From Yuukianura sp. NJ FZ-2021 (lineage: Eukaryota), in NCBI GenBank assembly GCA_046563655.1, contig CM102288.1:6014001-6078000 (forward strand): 64,000 bases of DNA. The letters are read 5' to 3'. Under the pieces are notes generated by a model. It was not told the origin of the DNA, ran no database searches, and worked only from the letters and a program-made list of their open reading frames with translations. Positions 1 through 11,108 of the stretch are shown here, piece by piece. A program made the position numbers and the translations under genes. The stretch's first letter is position 1, and each line of letters opens with the position of its first letter.

Positions 1-1891
1 AAAACAAATTCAAATTCGTCTCCGCTGACAGTAACGCTGTTTTTGAACAACCTAAAAACAGTTCTGAAAGTCTTGCAAGTGAGGCGTTCAGGTCGGGAAT
101 TATCTTGAAGTTCACAGAACTGAGAACACGAACCATAAAGTTCTTAGGAAATTTTGATTTTAGGTTCAGATAATGGAGAGAGCTCCTCTCTTTCATTTCT
201 GCCTCCCCGGAGGAGTAGTATTCAAAGGCGTTCGTACAAGTGCTCCAGCGTTTATCGTACTCCGCACAATCCAGAAGAGGAAGACCTTGAGAACTAAGTA
301 ATTTGGTTAAACTGGCTATTCGTTTCAAAGTGGCAAGGAGTCCTGCCGACACAGAATCAAGGAAATGTCTACAGCGAGGGATTAGTTCGCTAGAACAAAG
401 TGACGTGAGCTCAGCCTTGCCAAACCTATGAAATTTATAGCCATGGGCATAAGTCATTGCATATATGTAATAACTTGGAAAATCGTCGCTTATTACCAGA
501 AAGTCCTCCAATTGATCGAACCTGTGGTACATTTGTCCCATTGGTTTTGCAGCAGTCAACTGCGACACAACTACTCCCTTGTATGCATTTGTCAAAACAA
601 CAGTAATCATGAACCACAAACTAATCATAAAAATTCTACGATTTCGAGCTGCTTTTTGCTGCGGATCGGAAGAAATTTCAAAAAGACTTCCGAAATATAC
701 CAGAAAAAAGTCTAGACAAATCGGAACAAAATTTTTAAATTGAAAGGTTGTGCGTGTCTGGGCATGGATTACCCAAGTAGCACAGAGTGGTAGTAAAACT
801 CCTGTTACAAATACTGCACCCCAAGAGTACATATCATATGGTTTTGTGTAAATTTCAAAACTGAGCATCTCAAATATACCTTCAGAAGTCAAAAAACTTA
901 ACATTTCCATTTTCACTGGAACAAAAAGTGGCGACAAGCTAAATGGGGGACGCAACTCTAATGTATTCAACGGATTCAACGCCCACACTAAAGATTGAAC
1001 ATCCACTGTTTTGAAGCTGTCTAAGTCCTCCGGTGTCCATCGCGTACTAGTAACCTTGTATCGTAAAAGTAATTGAATGTAGTGATCCAGAGTTAGCCCG
1101 TTTGCAAATGGTAGTATATGAGTTTTGAAAGGATTTAAAGCCTTGACAACATAGAGTTCTGCCTTCGGAGGTAAATTTTCTCTCGGATAGCACTGCCTTG
1201 CCAATCCCGCTGCGAAAGTTGGGATCATCACCGGAATCCGCTCCTGAGACATTGCCCCCGTAATGTTGTGTAAATAATTGGAACATTGCAAATGAATTTC
1301 GGAAATTACAAATTGAGTGTTGTCGGTAGTATCTTCAGTGTGTGCATAATGTGGAGTAAGTTTGTGCAGAAATAGGAGTCCATATGCCCAATACCGAACT
1401 ATCTGTTGTAGGTAATCATTACTTTCGAAACCACTCGAATTGCTAATTATATGAATTGAAAAGCCATACTTTCTCCATTCATGCACGTATTTTGATTTGA
1501 ATCCATATTTTGAACTAAAACAAGACTTGAGCTTCCATTGGCCACGATATTGCTGCGAGCCAATAATGCTTTTTGGAAATACGACAAAAATTTCCAAGTA
1601 GTTTAGCTTTTGACCACTAATGTGCACGTTGTCTATACGGGTCCATGTGCCGAAAACACCTTCGCAATTTCCATCTGGGAACTGCATGTAGTACAACTTG
1701 ACGGGAACGGCAAAACCGGAAGTGATTTCAGGTTGGTGAATGTTCTCGGCAATTATAAAGTTATCACTGTGTTCGAACTGGTTTACCAGTTCATTTAGGT
1801 TCACAATGTGAAATGTAGGCTGTTGCGCAATTCCTGAAGTAAGTAAAACAAAACTTAAAGTTGCAAACAAATTTAACACAAACTTGGACAT
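1..1891 (-). CDS. Divergent intronless ionotropic receptor (IR/iGluR-like chemoreceptor); 3' end lies outside the window
   Basis: Manual translation from the ATG at 1891 gives ~630 stop-free codons to the window edge; absent from the ORF track because no stop is reached. Signal-peptide-like start MSKFVLNLFATLSFVLLTSGIAQ; pre-M1/M1 FEIYTKPYDMYSWGAVFVTGVLL; pore-like LVYFGSLFEIS; M3-like IFMISLWFMITVVLTNAYKGVVVSQLTA (compare iGluR WWFFTLI..SSYTANLAAFLT). Confidence 0.8.
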   Translation of the reverse strand, partial: MSKFVLNLFATLSFVLLTSGIAQQPTFHIVNLNELVNQFEHSDNFIIAENIHQPEITSGFAVPVKLYYMQFPDGNCEGVFGTWTRIDNVHISGQKLNYLEIFVVFPKSIIGSQQYRGQWKLKSCFSSKYGFKSKYVHEWRKYGFSIHIISNSSGFESNDYLQQIVRYWAYGLLFLHKLTPHYAHTEDTTDNTQFVISEIHLQCSNYLHNITGAMSQERIPVMIPTFAAGLARQCYPRENLPPKAELYVVKALNPFKTHILPFANGLTLDHYIQLLLRYKVTSTRWTPEDLDSFKTVDVQSLVWALNPLNTLELRPPFSLSPLFVPVKMEMLSFLTSEGIFEMLSFEIYTKPYDMYSWGAVFVTGVLLPLCATWVIHAQTRTTFQFKNFVPICLDFFLVYFGSLFEISSDPQQKAARNRRIFMISLWFMITVVLTNAYKGVVVSQLTAAKPMGQMYHRFDQLEDFLVISDDFPSYYIYAMTYAHGYKFHRFGKAELTSLCSSELIPRCRHFLDSVSAGLLATLKRIASLTKLLSSQGLPLLDCAEYDKRWSTCTNAFEYYSSGEAEMKERSSLHYLNLKSKFPKNFMVRVLSSVNFKIIPDLNASLARLSELFLGCSKTALLSAETNLNLF

Positions 1892-2438
1892 GGTTGAAGG
1901 AATTGAAGTTCAATGTTTTGTAATTGTTGATTATTTCCCAATCCTGATACCACAGTGCCAACCAACCTCAAGACGAAAATGAGATAAATTTAAAAAAAAA
2001 AACTACCAATTATTCGAAAAATTTAATTTTGTTAATGAATTTACATTGCATGGAATATATAACAAAGTTTTTGGCCACGAAGCCCCAGGGTGTTATGTGC
2101 CCAAAGAAATTTTTAGACACCATTTATACAATCATCTCTCAAAATTTATTCTGCATGCGATGAGAACTCCATTTATTATTCAAATATGTCAGTGGGCGGG
2201 GCTAAGCTTTTTAAGCAAAAACAAATAGAAATTTTGTGCAAAAACGATATACGTCATCTTCCATGTCAACATAAATTTTTACCACATCCTCCTCTTTGAC
2301 CCGATTGGACTTCCTAGAAGTCGGATAAGTTTTAATGATATGCTGATTTTTTTCTTATTAAGTTAACTTAAGTTATATCCGCAAAACGGCTGAAATACTG
2401 TACAAAAATTTTATCGTTGTTTTGAGTTTTTTTGAAAT

Positions 2439-4462
2439 CTAGCGTTCGTAAAAAATCAGCTCATGTGGCTTAGGACCCAGAAGCATCGTGGGAGCAGGTT
2501 TCAAACTGGGTTTCGGACGGTTCGGATTCGTCGTCACGCGGAAATTTTGAAATACACTGAAACATTTTTGAATAAAAATTTTACAGAAATAAACCAACAA
2601 TTTTGATTTCAAAAGCATTGTAATACCTGGTGGTAAACAGAAACAATTCGTCCTTGGCTAGTCGCTCCCCTGAAATTTGAACCTCCAAAGTTTCAGAATT
2701 TTTTTTTCAAACAATTGTTTTTTAAACAGTTTTTTAGAAAATTGCTTTCACTTGCCAATACAAACTCTTTTTCCAAAAGAGAATGGGATGAAAGCTTCAT
2801 GTGACTTGTTGGTTGTTCCGTTCGGAAGTAAGAAACGTTCTGGCCAAAATTCCTCCGGTTTTTCCCAAAGTTGAGGATCGTGCAAAATTTTCCACAAATT
2901 TGGAAAAACAATTGTGTCTTTCGGAATTCGAAATCCCGCAATTGCCACATCTTCAGTTGCAGAGTGCATAATTGACAGTGGGAAAATGGCCACAATGCGC
3001 AGGACTTCCATGATAACACAGTCAGTGTATGGAATTTTAGGCCGGTCACTCAGCTCAACCATTTTGGCGGGACCAACAACTTTTGAAATTTCTTCAAACA
3101 TTTTCTCCTGTATTTCTGGATATAACGCCATGTATAAACAGATCCACGTCAAAGTAGTGCTGGTCTGCAAGGTCAAAGGTCAACTTTTTCAACTTTGTCA
3201 TTTTTTGGTAAAGTATGTAAGACTTACGGTTTCGGATCCTCCGAGGAATAAATCTTCCAGAGATTTAATGACAGACAATTCTGAAAATTTGAAAACAGAT
3301 TCGAAAACGAAATTTGACCTTTGACCTTTGAACTTTACCGCCTTCTTGTTTGTAGAATGAAGACTCCGCATCAGTAGTAGCAGCCACTTCTTCAATCATG
3401 ACGTCCATGAGATCACGTAGTTGTCCAGAAATGAACGTAGCCTTGTGATTGTTGTACTCTTCAGTGATGAATTTGTTCAGTGCATGATGGCCACGCAGAA
3501 GACTGCTGTAACCGCTCATCCTCGGAAACATTTCGGCCAACTTCGGAAAAAAGACGCAAATTGGAGAAGTAGCAGAAATTGCCCTTCAGAAAGTCAAAAA
3601 CAAAATTTCAAAAATTTTTCAAAATTTTATATATTTTTACGTTATTAGTAAATTGTACTACTCAATCAGTCCTTCGTAGATTTTTGTAAGCTTGGGATCG
3701 TCCTGCGGCGTTCGACTGCTCGAACAAATTTTCCACAATGAGTTGACCACCGCTGTAGAAAATCAAAACAAAAATACTTTTCCAACAAATTTTTTTTTCC
3801 AAAATTTCGAGCTTTTGTTCAACCCCAAGTAATTTTTTGAAATCACCTGCATTGAAAAGTCCACTCGTTGCGATCGGAATGCCACTGCGTTTGCGTAGTC
3901 CCTCCAGAAATTCTTGAATTTCATCTTGGATGATTCCCTCCATGGAACTTTTGCCAAATCCAAAATCACGTAGGTTTTTTAGCACAAATCGCCTTTGTTC
4001 CGTCCAGTGCTGCAACTCACTCGAGATGATTCCACGGCAATAAGTTGCTCCCACTTCACTTCGTTCAAGAAATATTTTAAATTTTGGTCTTCCCGCCAAA
4101 GCGGGGTCATTCAAACACTGTTTGAGCAGTTTGAGGTCAGTGATGACAATGGAGCGGAAGGAACCAAAGTCAACGCTAAAAATACCACCGTACTTGTTCC
4201 CCATGGCAACAAAACTCTTCCACGGCTCTAACCCAATTTGATGCAGGTTTCCAATAATCGGAAGGCTCCAGGGACCTGAAATCATAAATTTTCAAAATTT
4301 CAAAAAAGTCAAATTTTGGTTAACTTTTGAACTTTCATGTTTCTGAAATTTCAAATTTTTACCCGGGGGCATTCCTTTTGGTCGCTGATTTTTCGCAATA
4401 GCGAGCCAAGTGAGGCCAAGAATAATTGCAGTCACGCTAATTACAATTAGTGTAACTGACAT
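2439..4462 (-). CDS. Cytochrome P450, CYP2 clan, multi-exon
   Basis: N-terminal anchor MSVTLIVISVTAIILGLTWL and PPG|PWSLPIIGNL; C-helix WTEQRRF; I-helix LFLGGSET|TSTTL; K-helix EVLR; PERF; heme motif PFSFGKRVCIG|ERLA; stop TAG at 2441-2439. Confidence 0.95.
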
Positions 4463-5839
4463 TTTGAAAACAAATCAAAACTGAACTTCAAAAACTCAAA
4501 AACTTTACACTTTCGAAAACTAAATTTTTGAAATTTGATGAATCAAACTCCACTTTTGTTTTCTGTGTTACGTGCCACTCTTTTCCAGAAGAGTTATGGA
4601 CTCACGATGAACGTTTTGTATGCATCATGCAGTTTGCAAAACAAATTAATCTTATGTCCATAAGTGGTTTTTTGGCCTCGTTTTTTTCCAAGGTTAATTT
4701 ACAGCGTGGTTGCAATTTGAAGTTAAACCTCAACAGAAAACTTTTAGGCGCCTCAAAATCTTGTTTTTTAGTTGAACACAAGCTACTGCAGTGGCCTGGC
4801 TTGTCAGTCAAAGTTAGCAAAAAATTAAACTACAAAAACATTTGCATGTTGTCTAGTTTTTTGCAAATTTTTCCTTGTTCAAAATCAAAACAGAAAAGAA
4901 ATTTCTGGAACATATGTATTTAGCGTCACTCGCCGCACAACGACTGGCACTTGCAATTTGATTTGTTGAGCAGTAAAAGTGATGACTCCTCAACAATAAA
5001 TTTTGAAATTTACGATATCTCATGTTTTTATGGGGATCAAACAAGCAAAACACCAAATTTTGAAAGAAAAAAAAACAACATAGGTATTTTGCAAAAACGA
5101 GGTTCCAAAAAACAAAAAAACAAATGACTAGGACAAAGACAAAGAGAGCTATGCGTCATGACTATTTCGTTGTTATGAATTTATGCTCCACCTAAACTTA
5201 AAGTCAAATTAAGTAAAAGGCGGAAGATTAAATATTTCAAACTCCAATTTTTTGAAATTGTATGTTTTTATTTGGTAATTTTTTGAAAAAAAAAACATTA
5301 CCTTCGGGCTACAAAGTTGCAAAAAATTTATAATTTCCCTTCTATCGTGCTGAAACGCTCGGAAGCGTAAAGGGGCCACACACATTTCTGGATTTCAAAA
5401 TTCCATACCTGAAAAATTCTAAATTCTTCATGACCTTATGATACTCGTTTATTGTGTTTAACTTTGAAGTCAACGAGGTTTAAGTTGACGTATGACGGAA
5501 CTTTCCATTACGAAGCAGTGACAAAATTTAACACATTTCATCCCTACTAATTTGGTATGGATTTGGATACATCTGGATCCTGCCTTTGCGGTGAAGCATT
5601 TAAAATTTATGCAGAGGGAGTAAATACTTTCATGTTACAGAAAATAGCATCCAACGCATGATTTGTAGCCAATAATATGCTTTGACATGTTCTCCTTTCT
5701 ATTGTAATTTTACTCAATTATTATAATTTATTTGGCTAATTTAATGACGTCACATTTTATTATAAATTAAACCTTATACTCCCATTTCCAATTTAAATTG
5801 AAGTTTAGTTAGACACGCAATTCCCAAATTGCAGTGGCA

Positions 5840-7217
5840 ATGGCAATGGCCCACTCACTCTTCCAGGTCACCACACTACTGTGTCTCGTAGCATGGACCA
5901 ACTCACAAGGTCAATTGAATTATGCTAAGTTTAAAAAAAAAATTTGCATTTTTTTGAAATTTTTCCAAATTTTTTGAAAAATTGAATGTTTTCTGAATTT
6001 ATCTCATTGTCAGTGATTCCTGGTTTGGGTGTTTTGTCCAACGTGTCTTATGGGTCTGACCCAAGACAAGTGATGGACGTGTTTCTTCCTGGGGGTCGTG
6101 ACGCCACGGTGTCAAAGGTCGTGGTGTTAATCCACGGTGGAGGATGGACACAGGGGAAGAAAGAAGATATGATGCCATTTGCTTACTGGTTTTATGCTAC
6201 TTTCCCACGCCATGCCATCATCACTATGAACTACAGATTAGCGTCAGTGGAGAGTCCAGCGTATCCAAAGCAAACTGACGACATCGCTCTGGCCCTCAAG
6301 TATGTAACGGAGAAACAGGCAGAGTGGCAGATCAAGCCGGAGTTCGGTTTGGTCGGAGTTAGCGCCGGAGGGCATTTGGCAATGCTCTACAGCTATGGAA
6401 CTGACAAGGGACGTCAGGTATGTACAGGGTGTGGCACGTAAAAGTAGACGCTCGAAAAATAATATGTCTTTGTTTATTTAAGGAATTATGGGGGGTAAAC
6501 TATAGTAAATAAACACTTTAGGAAATATATGAGCCTAATCCTAACTTTTTCCAAAAGTGCTTCTGTAGAAAGTTAGAAGGTGTGATGGTGTTTTCAAAAA
6601 ATAATATTTTGGAATTTTTTAAGTCTCCATAAAAAAGAAAAATGCACTGTAGTGAATTTGTTAGCCTAATCCTGATTTTTTCCAAAAGTCCTTCTGTAGA
6701 AAGTTAGTTGTGATGGTGTTTTAAAAAAACGTAATGAAATTGATGGAATAATGTAATGAAATGTATTTGATGTAAATGATGTAATTCATTGGAATTGATG
6801 CAATGAAATGGAATTAATGTAATGATGTAATTAAATGTAACCTAGGTGAATGTCGTGTGTAACGTGGTTGGTCCCACTGACATCGCTGACCCTGGTTACA
6901 CCAACAACTCCGTTTTAATGGAAGTGCTCAAAGGGCTTGTAGGAAATGAGACACTGGAGAGCAACCCAGGAATTTTTGGCACTGTGAGTCCAGTGTCCCA
7001 CGTGACTCGTCAGTCACCCAAAACCATTGCATTTTTCGGCGGGAAGGATCCACTCATTCCTTCTACGCAAGCGTCAAGGCTAGAAGACAAGCTGGACTCT
7101 TCTGGCGTAGTCAACAAAGTGATCATGTACCCCAACCAAGGACATGTATTCTCTGATCCAACCACGCTCCCGGATGTGCTTAAGAGAATGAAATCGTTTT
7201 TTAAAAATTACTTTTAA
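5840..7217 (+). CDS. Secreted alpha/beta-hydrolase (HSL/BD-FAE-like carboxylesterase); 3 exons, ~281 aa
   Basis: Exons 5840-5909, 6014-6417, 6846-7217 splice in frame with GT-AG ends. Hydrophobic leader, oxyanion HGGGW, NYRL, nucleophile GVSAGG, acid residue in GGKDPLIP, His in QGHVF. Confidence 0.9.
6534..6730 (+). repeat. Dispersed intronic repeat (two adjacent copies here; a third at ~43428-43543)
   Basis: CCTAATCCT.A.TTTTTCCAAAAGT.CTTCTG.AGAAAGTTAG..GTG.GAT..TGTTT occurs at ~6534, ~6664 and ~43428, with further similarity through ATATTTT.GAATTTTTT...CATAAAAAAG.AAAAT.CACT. Confidence 0.85.
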
Positions 7218-7595
7218 AAACTTTCAAAGACTATGACTTTTAAAATAAATATTTAGTAACAAAAAACCAAACAAATTTCCCTGTTCATTACGGGAATGGT
7301 GACAAAATGTTTTTGGCACGCCTGGCAATGATACACAAGCCAATACAGAGTCACTATGACACAGCACAGTAAAACAAAGAAATTCGAATTCCGTTAGCAT
7401 ACGCATACTTTAGTTATCATTGTCAAAAAACAGACTATCTTTCGCTACTTCTGAAAAAAGTGCTATCGCCGTTTAGTGAAATATTGAAATAAATTTAGTT
7501 TACATGCTTTTGCAATTGTTCAATAAATATTTTTAGAATTTTCTTTACCCCGTTAACTAATTCCTAATTAACTAATTGCTAATTAACTAATTAAT

Positions 7596-9604
7596 TTAAT
7601 GCTCTCCTTCTGCATAGTACTCTTCGAGTTCGTCAAACTCCGGTTTTTGTCGGGGCATCTTCAAATGCGGTAGAGCATTGGCTGCTGGATGGTGGTGCAT
7701 AGAAGAAAAGGCTTGAACTGCTGAATTCATGTGTGCATGTGCTTGGTTCAAATATGGCGGTCCTTCAAAAAATAAAATTTACATTATGTTACAGAAAGTT
7801 AGCATTATATTACAAGTTACATGAAACGAAAGGTTAAAAACTCACTGTTTCCTGCATTTGGCGGGAGTGGAGCCATGCCGAGCGTGGTGGTCGGAGGTGG
7901 TCGGACGTAAAAAGTTGTTACGATGCTGGGCGGTGGTTCATGTGTAGCTTTCCAGTAAGATTCTAAATACTCTGCTAAATGTTCGCTGGCCTCTTCCAGT
8001 TGATTCTCTTCCAAAATGACATCGAACATTTCCGGGGCACATTGAGCCAATTTCTCGGCGGCAACCATTTGAACATTCAAATTCTTACTCTGCGACTTCC
8101 CACGTGATTTGATCAGCCGTTGAAGCACTTTGGGTGAAGAGATTTTGAGGTAGACGATGATGGGAGCTAAGGAAGTTTTGGCTAGTTGAGAGGGGTGGTT
8201 GACCGTGTCACAGTCCAGGACGACCAGTTGAAGAGTGCGGGACAATTCAAAAATTCGCTCAATTTCGGCTTGAACTTCGGCTAAATTTGAAGATCTTGCA
8301 TTATTACTGCGGTCCATCATCAGTCCGACTGTTCGCTTCGGAGGATTGTTGAGCAGCGACCGCTTGGCAAGTGAAATGTCGGAAGAAACACGAGTGATGA
8401 TGATTTTACCTGAAAAAACAATATTACATCATTACATAAGTAAAACAATATTACATCATTACATAAGTCTTACTTACATAAGTGGTAGGTAATTAGGCTA
8501 TAACCTATACTGATACAAGTTTTAACTATTCTAATATATTTGATAAAATAAAGTCCGTTGTCAATGGCAACTGCCTTTATGTCAACAAAAATATGAATAC
8601 TAAATATTTACTAACTACTACTTAATAAAATAAGAAAAACTAAATTTTTCCGTTCGCATTTACTGGGGAAAAAATTGAAAAAGGCACGCAAAAGCGTACG
8701 CAAAACATGACAACGCAGAATGTGACCAGAGATTGAACGTCGACATAGAAATTATTCAATTTTTTGAAATTTTGTATATAAACCAAATGGAGGGAGTTTC
8801 ATGTAATTTCATGTATTTTTAGGTTATGCAAGTACATACTTACATGATCGACTGTTATGTAATGATGTATTGATTTCATGTAAAAGTATTACCTTCGAAT
8901 CGATGTTTGAGATAATCAAAAATTGCTTTCTGCATCATATCCGTAACTTCATAGCCTTTAAGTGACGGACCGACCAGAACGACCGGACGCATGGACGGCA
9001 CGACGTCATAAGGCGGGGCATGTTCCGTCTTTTTCACAAAGAACGGCGTCTTTTTCTTCTCTTTTGGCGTTCCAGGCTTGACTCCGCCCAGTTTCATGTT
9101 CGTCAGCGAATCAGCGTCGTCTGAAGGCGTTCCAGCTTCACTGTACAGGTCAATCTCTGCCGTGACCTTGCTGGGAGACGTCGGACTCACCGAAATGGAC
9201 GAATTCTGAAGTTGGCGCAAATTTTCGAGTTTGAGTGGCGACGGAATGAAACCGACTTCGGCATCTTCCTGAACCAGTCGCCCGATCCACCAATTGTTGT
9301 CATATTTCTCCTTAATATGCAGGTATTCCTTGATACCGAAAGAAATTGCCGAACCGTGAACCGGTGAGTCGTCGTCTACCGTTCCGTCGTAACTGACGTT
9401 CGTCCGGATCGCGAAGGCTACCGGTTTGAGTTTGGCTTTTTCCAATTGGCTGATGGCTTGTCGTTCGGTTTCGCGCCGAAACACTTCACGCTCTTCGTCC
9501 AGCGATAAATCGCTGCCGGAGAGATGATGAGCAGAATAAGTAGAGTCCTCGGAGCCCCTTCTATCGTGACCTCTGTTGTACATGTGAACTCTACGGTGAT
9601 TCAT
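7596..9604 (-). CDS. CACNB: Voltage-gated calcium channel beta subunit (SH3-HOOK-GK); apparently only 3 coding exons
   Basis: [15 protein letters not shown]3 [47 protein letters not shown] domain [38 protein letters not shown]; last exon ends EYYAEGEH* at 7596. Confidence 0.95.
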
Positions 9605-11108
9605 GGTCACGTGACGTCACGAATATTGAATAATATGTGTTATGATATATAAATATGTAACTATTTTGTATGTTAATATTTAAATATTACATGTTTCGAA
9701 AAAAGATGAAACACTTTTGGTGAAGGTAAATGAGCAGTGAGAGGTCTGAGGAATTCGGGTGATGTAGAATTCTATTTTTAGGTTTCTTCATCTTCCCTGT
9801 TTTTGGCTTCAGTTCCGTTTCAGACTCTTTTTCGAAAAAAAAGTCTATGCCAAACAGATTTTCAAAAATATTTTCAAGCATGACTTTGCACGCTTGCGCA
9901 AAGTTAAGCGCTATGGGAAGAGTAAACGAGAAAAGCCTAACCGGTTTCAAAACTGGCAAAAAAGCGGGAAAGAGATCCAAACATATTTTCAAAATTAAAA
10001 CAAAAATTTCAATTTTTCTGAAAACTGTTAATTTAAAAAAAATTGTATACATGATGGAGATAAAGTTTACAAAATTAATTGTTATTAGAGTTACAATTGA
10101 AACTGAAAAAAAATACGAGAAGCCTTGTAAACAGTACTAACATTTTTAAATAAAATTCAAAAAGTTGAGCTACTTATTGGTTTGACCTTCCCTGTCTGTC
10201 TGTCTGTTATTAGTTATTAATTATTTTAATTAATTAAATTAATCATATTTCATTATAATAAAAATGTATTCTTAACTCAATAATGGCAGTGCTAGTCCAC
10301 TTTGAGCAAGGTTGAGTGAAACTCAGGGTCATCCACTATTACATAATAATTGCACAAAAAAAAACTTTTTCTCCAGAAGTGTCATTAAATCCGCATTTCC
10401 ATAAGTGGACGACGTGTTTCAATTCTGCCTAAAGGTCTCAAGTTCTAACTTTTTTTTCTTACGTTTGTTTATGTATTTGACTAATCTTTTCTGCGAATTC
10501 TCTCCTGTCTGGTCTCTGATTGGTCTACACAGCAATAACTACGTTTGGTTTCCTGAGTATTCTCAACCTGCCTCAAGCATTACTCACGAACAACTTTAAT
10601 TCTCACTAAATAATCGAAGATGCATCGATATGTCTACCGTCACGCTTACACTTATGAAAAAAGTTTGCAAAAAATTTGCATAAAAAAAGAAGTTTTTGCA
10701 TTGGAAGTTGTTGATGGCACAAGTACAGAACTTGTTTGTGGTAAACTGACCTCGTCAGAGTGACGTCCACGTCCATTTCTAAAAAGTTCCGCCGAAGTTG
10801 TAACCACTGACGGAAACTATCGTTCATTTTCAGCGGAATTAAACTTTCATTCACTTTTTAACACTTCAACTTTAAACACTCAAGCACACAGTTCCAGTCT
10901 AATCTTTTTCTTACTAAAGTTTACAAACAGTCAAAGAATTTGTAGGATTTTGGCACATAAAAGACAGTTGCAACACACATTTCGCTCATTTTGAATTTTC
11001 AATTCAACATATTTTTCGAGTTTTCAGTCTTTCTTCAGTAGATTGTTAGATTTTCAAAAAATAAGCAAAAGGTGAATTTTTTTTATTTTTAACAAACTTT
11101 GACACAAA

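Noticed and set aside
9606..9620. GTCACGTGACGTCAC (CLEAR/E-box plus CRE-like palindrome) beside the CACNB start
   Set aside because: A short motif with no supporting evidence; it could arise by chance or lie within the transcript.
9687..10140. ORFs 9687-10052(-) and 9847-10140(+)
   Set aside because: K/F/I-rich translations of AT-rich non-coding DNA with no recognisable domain.
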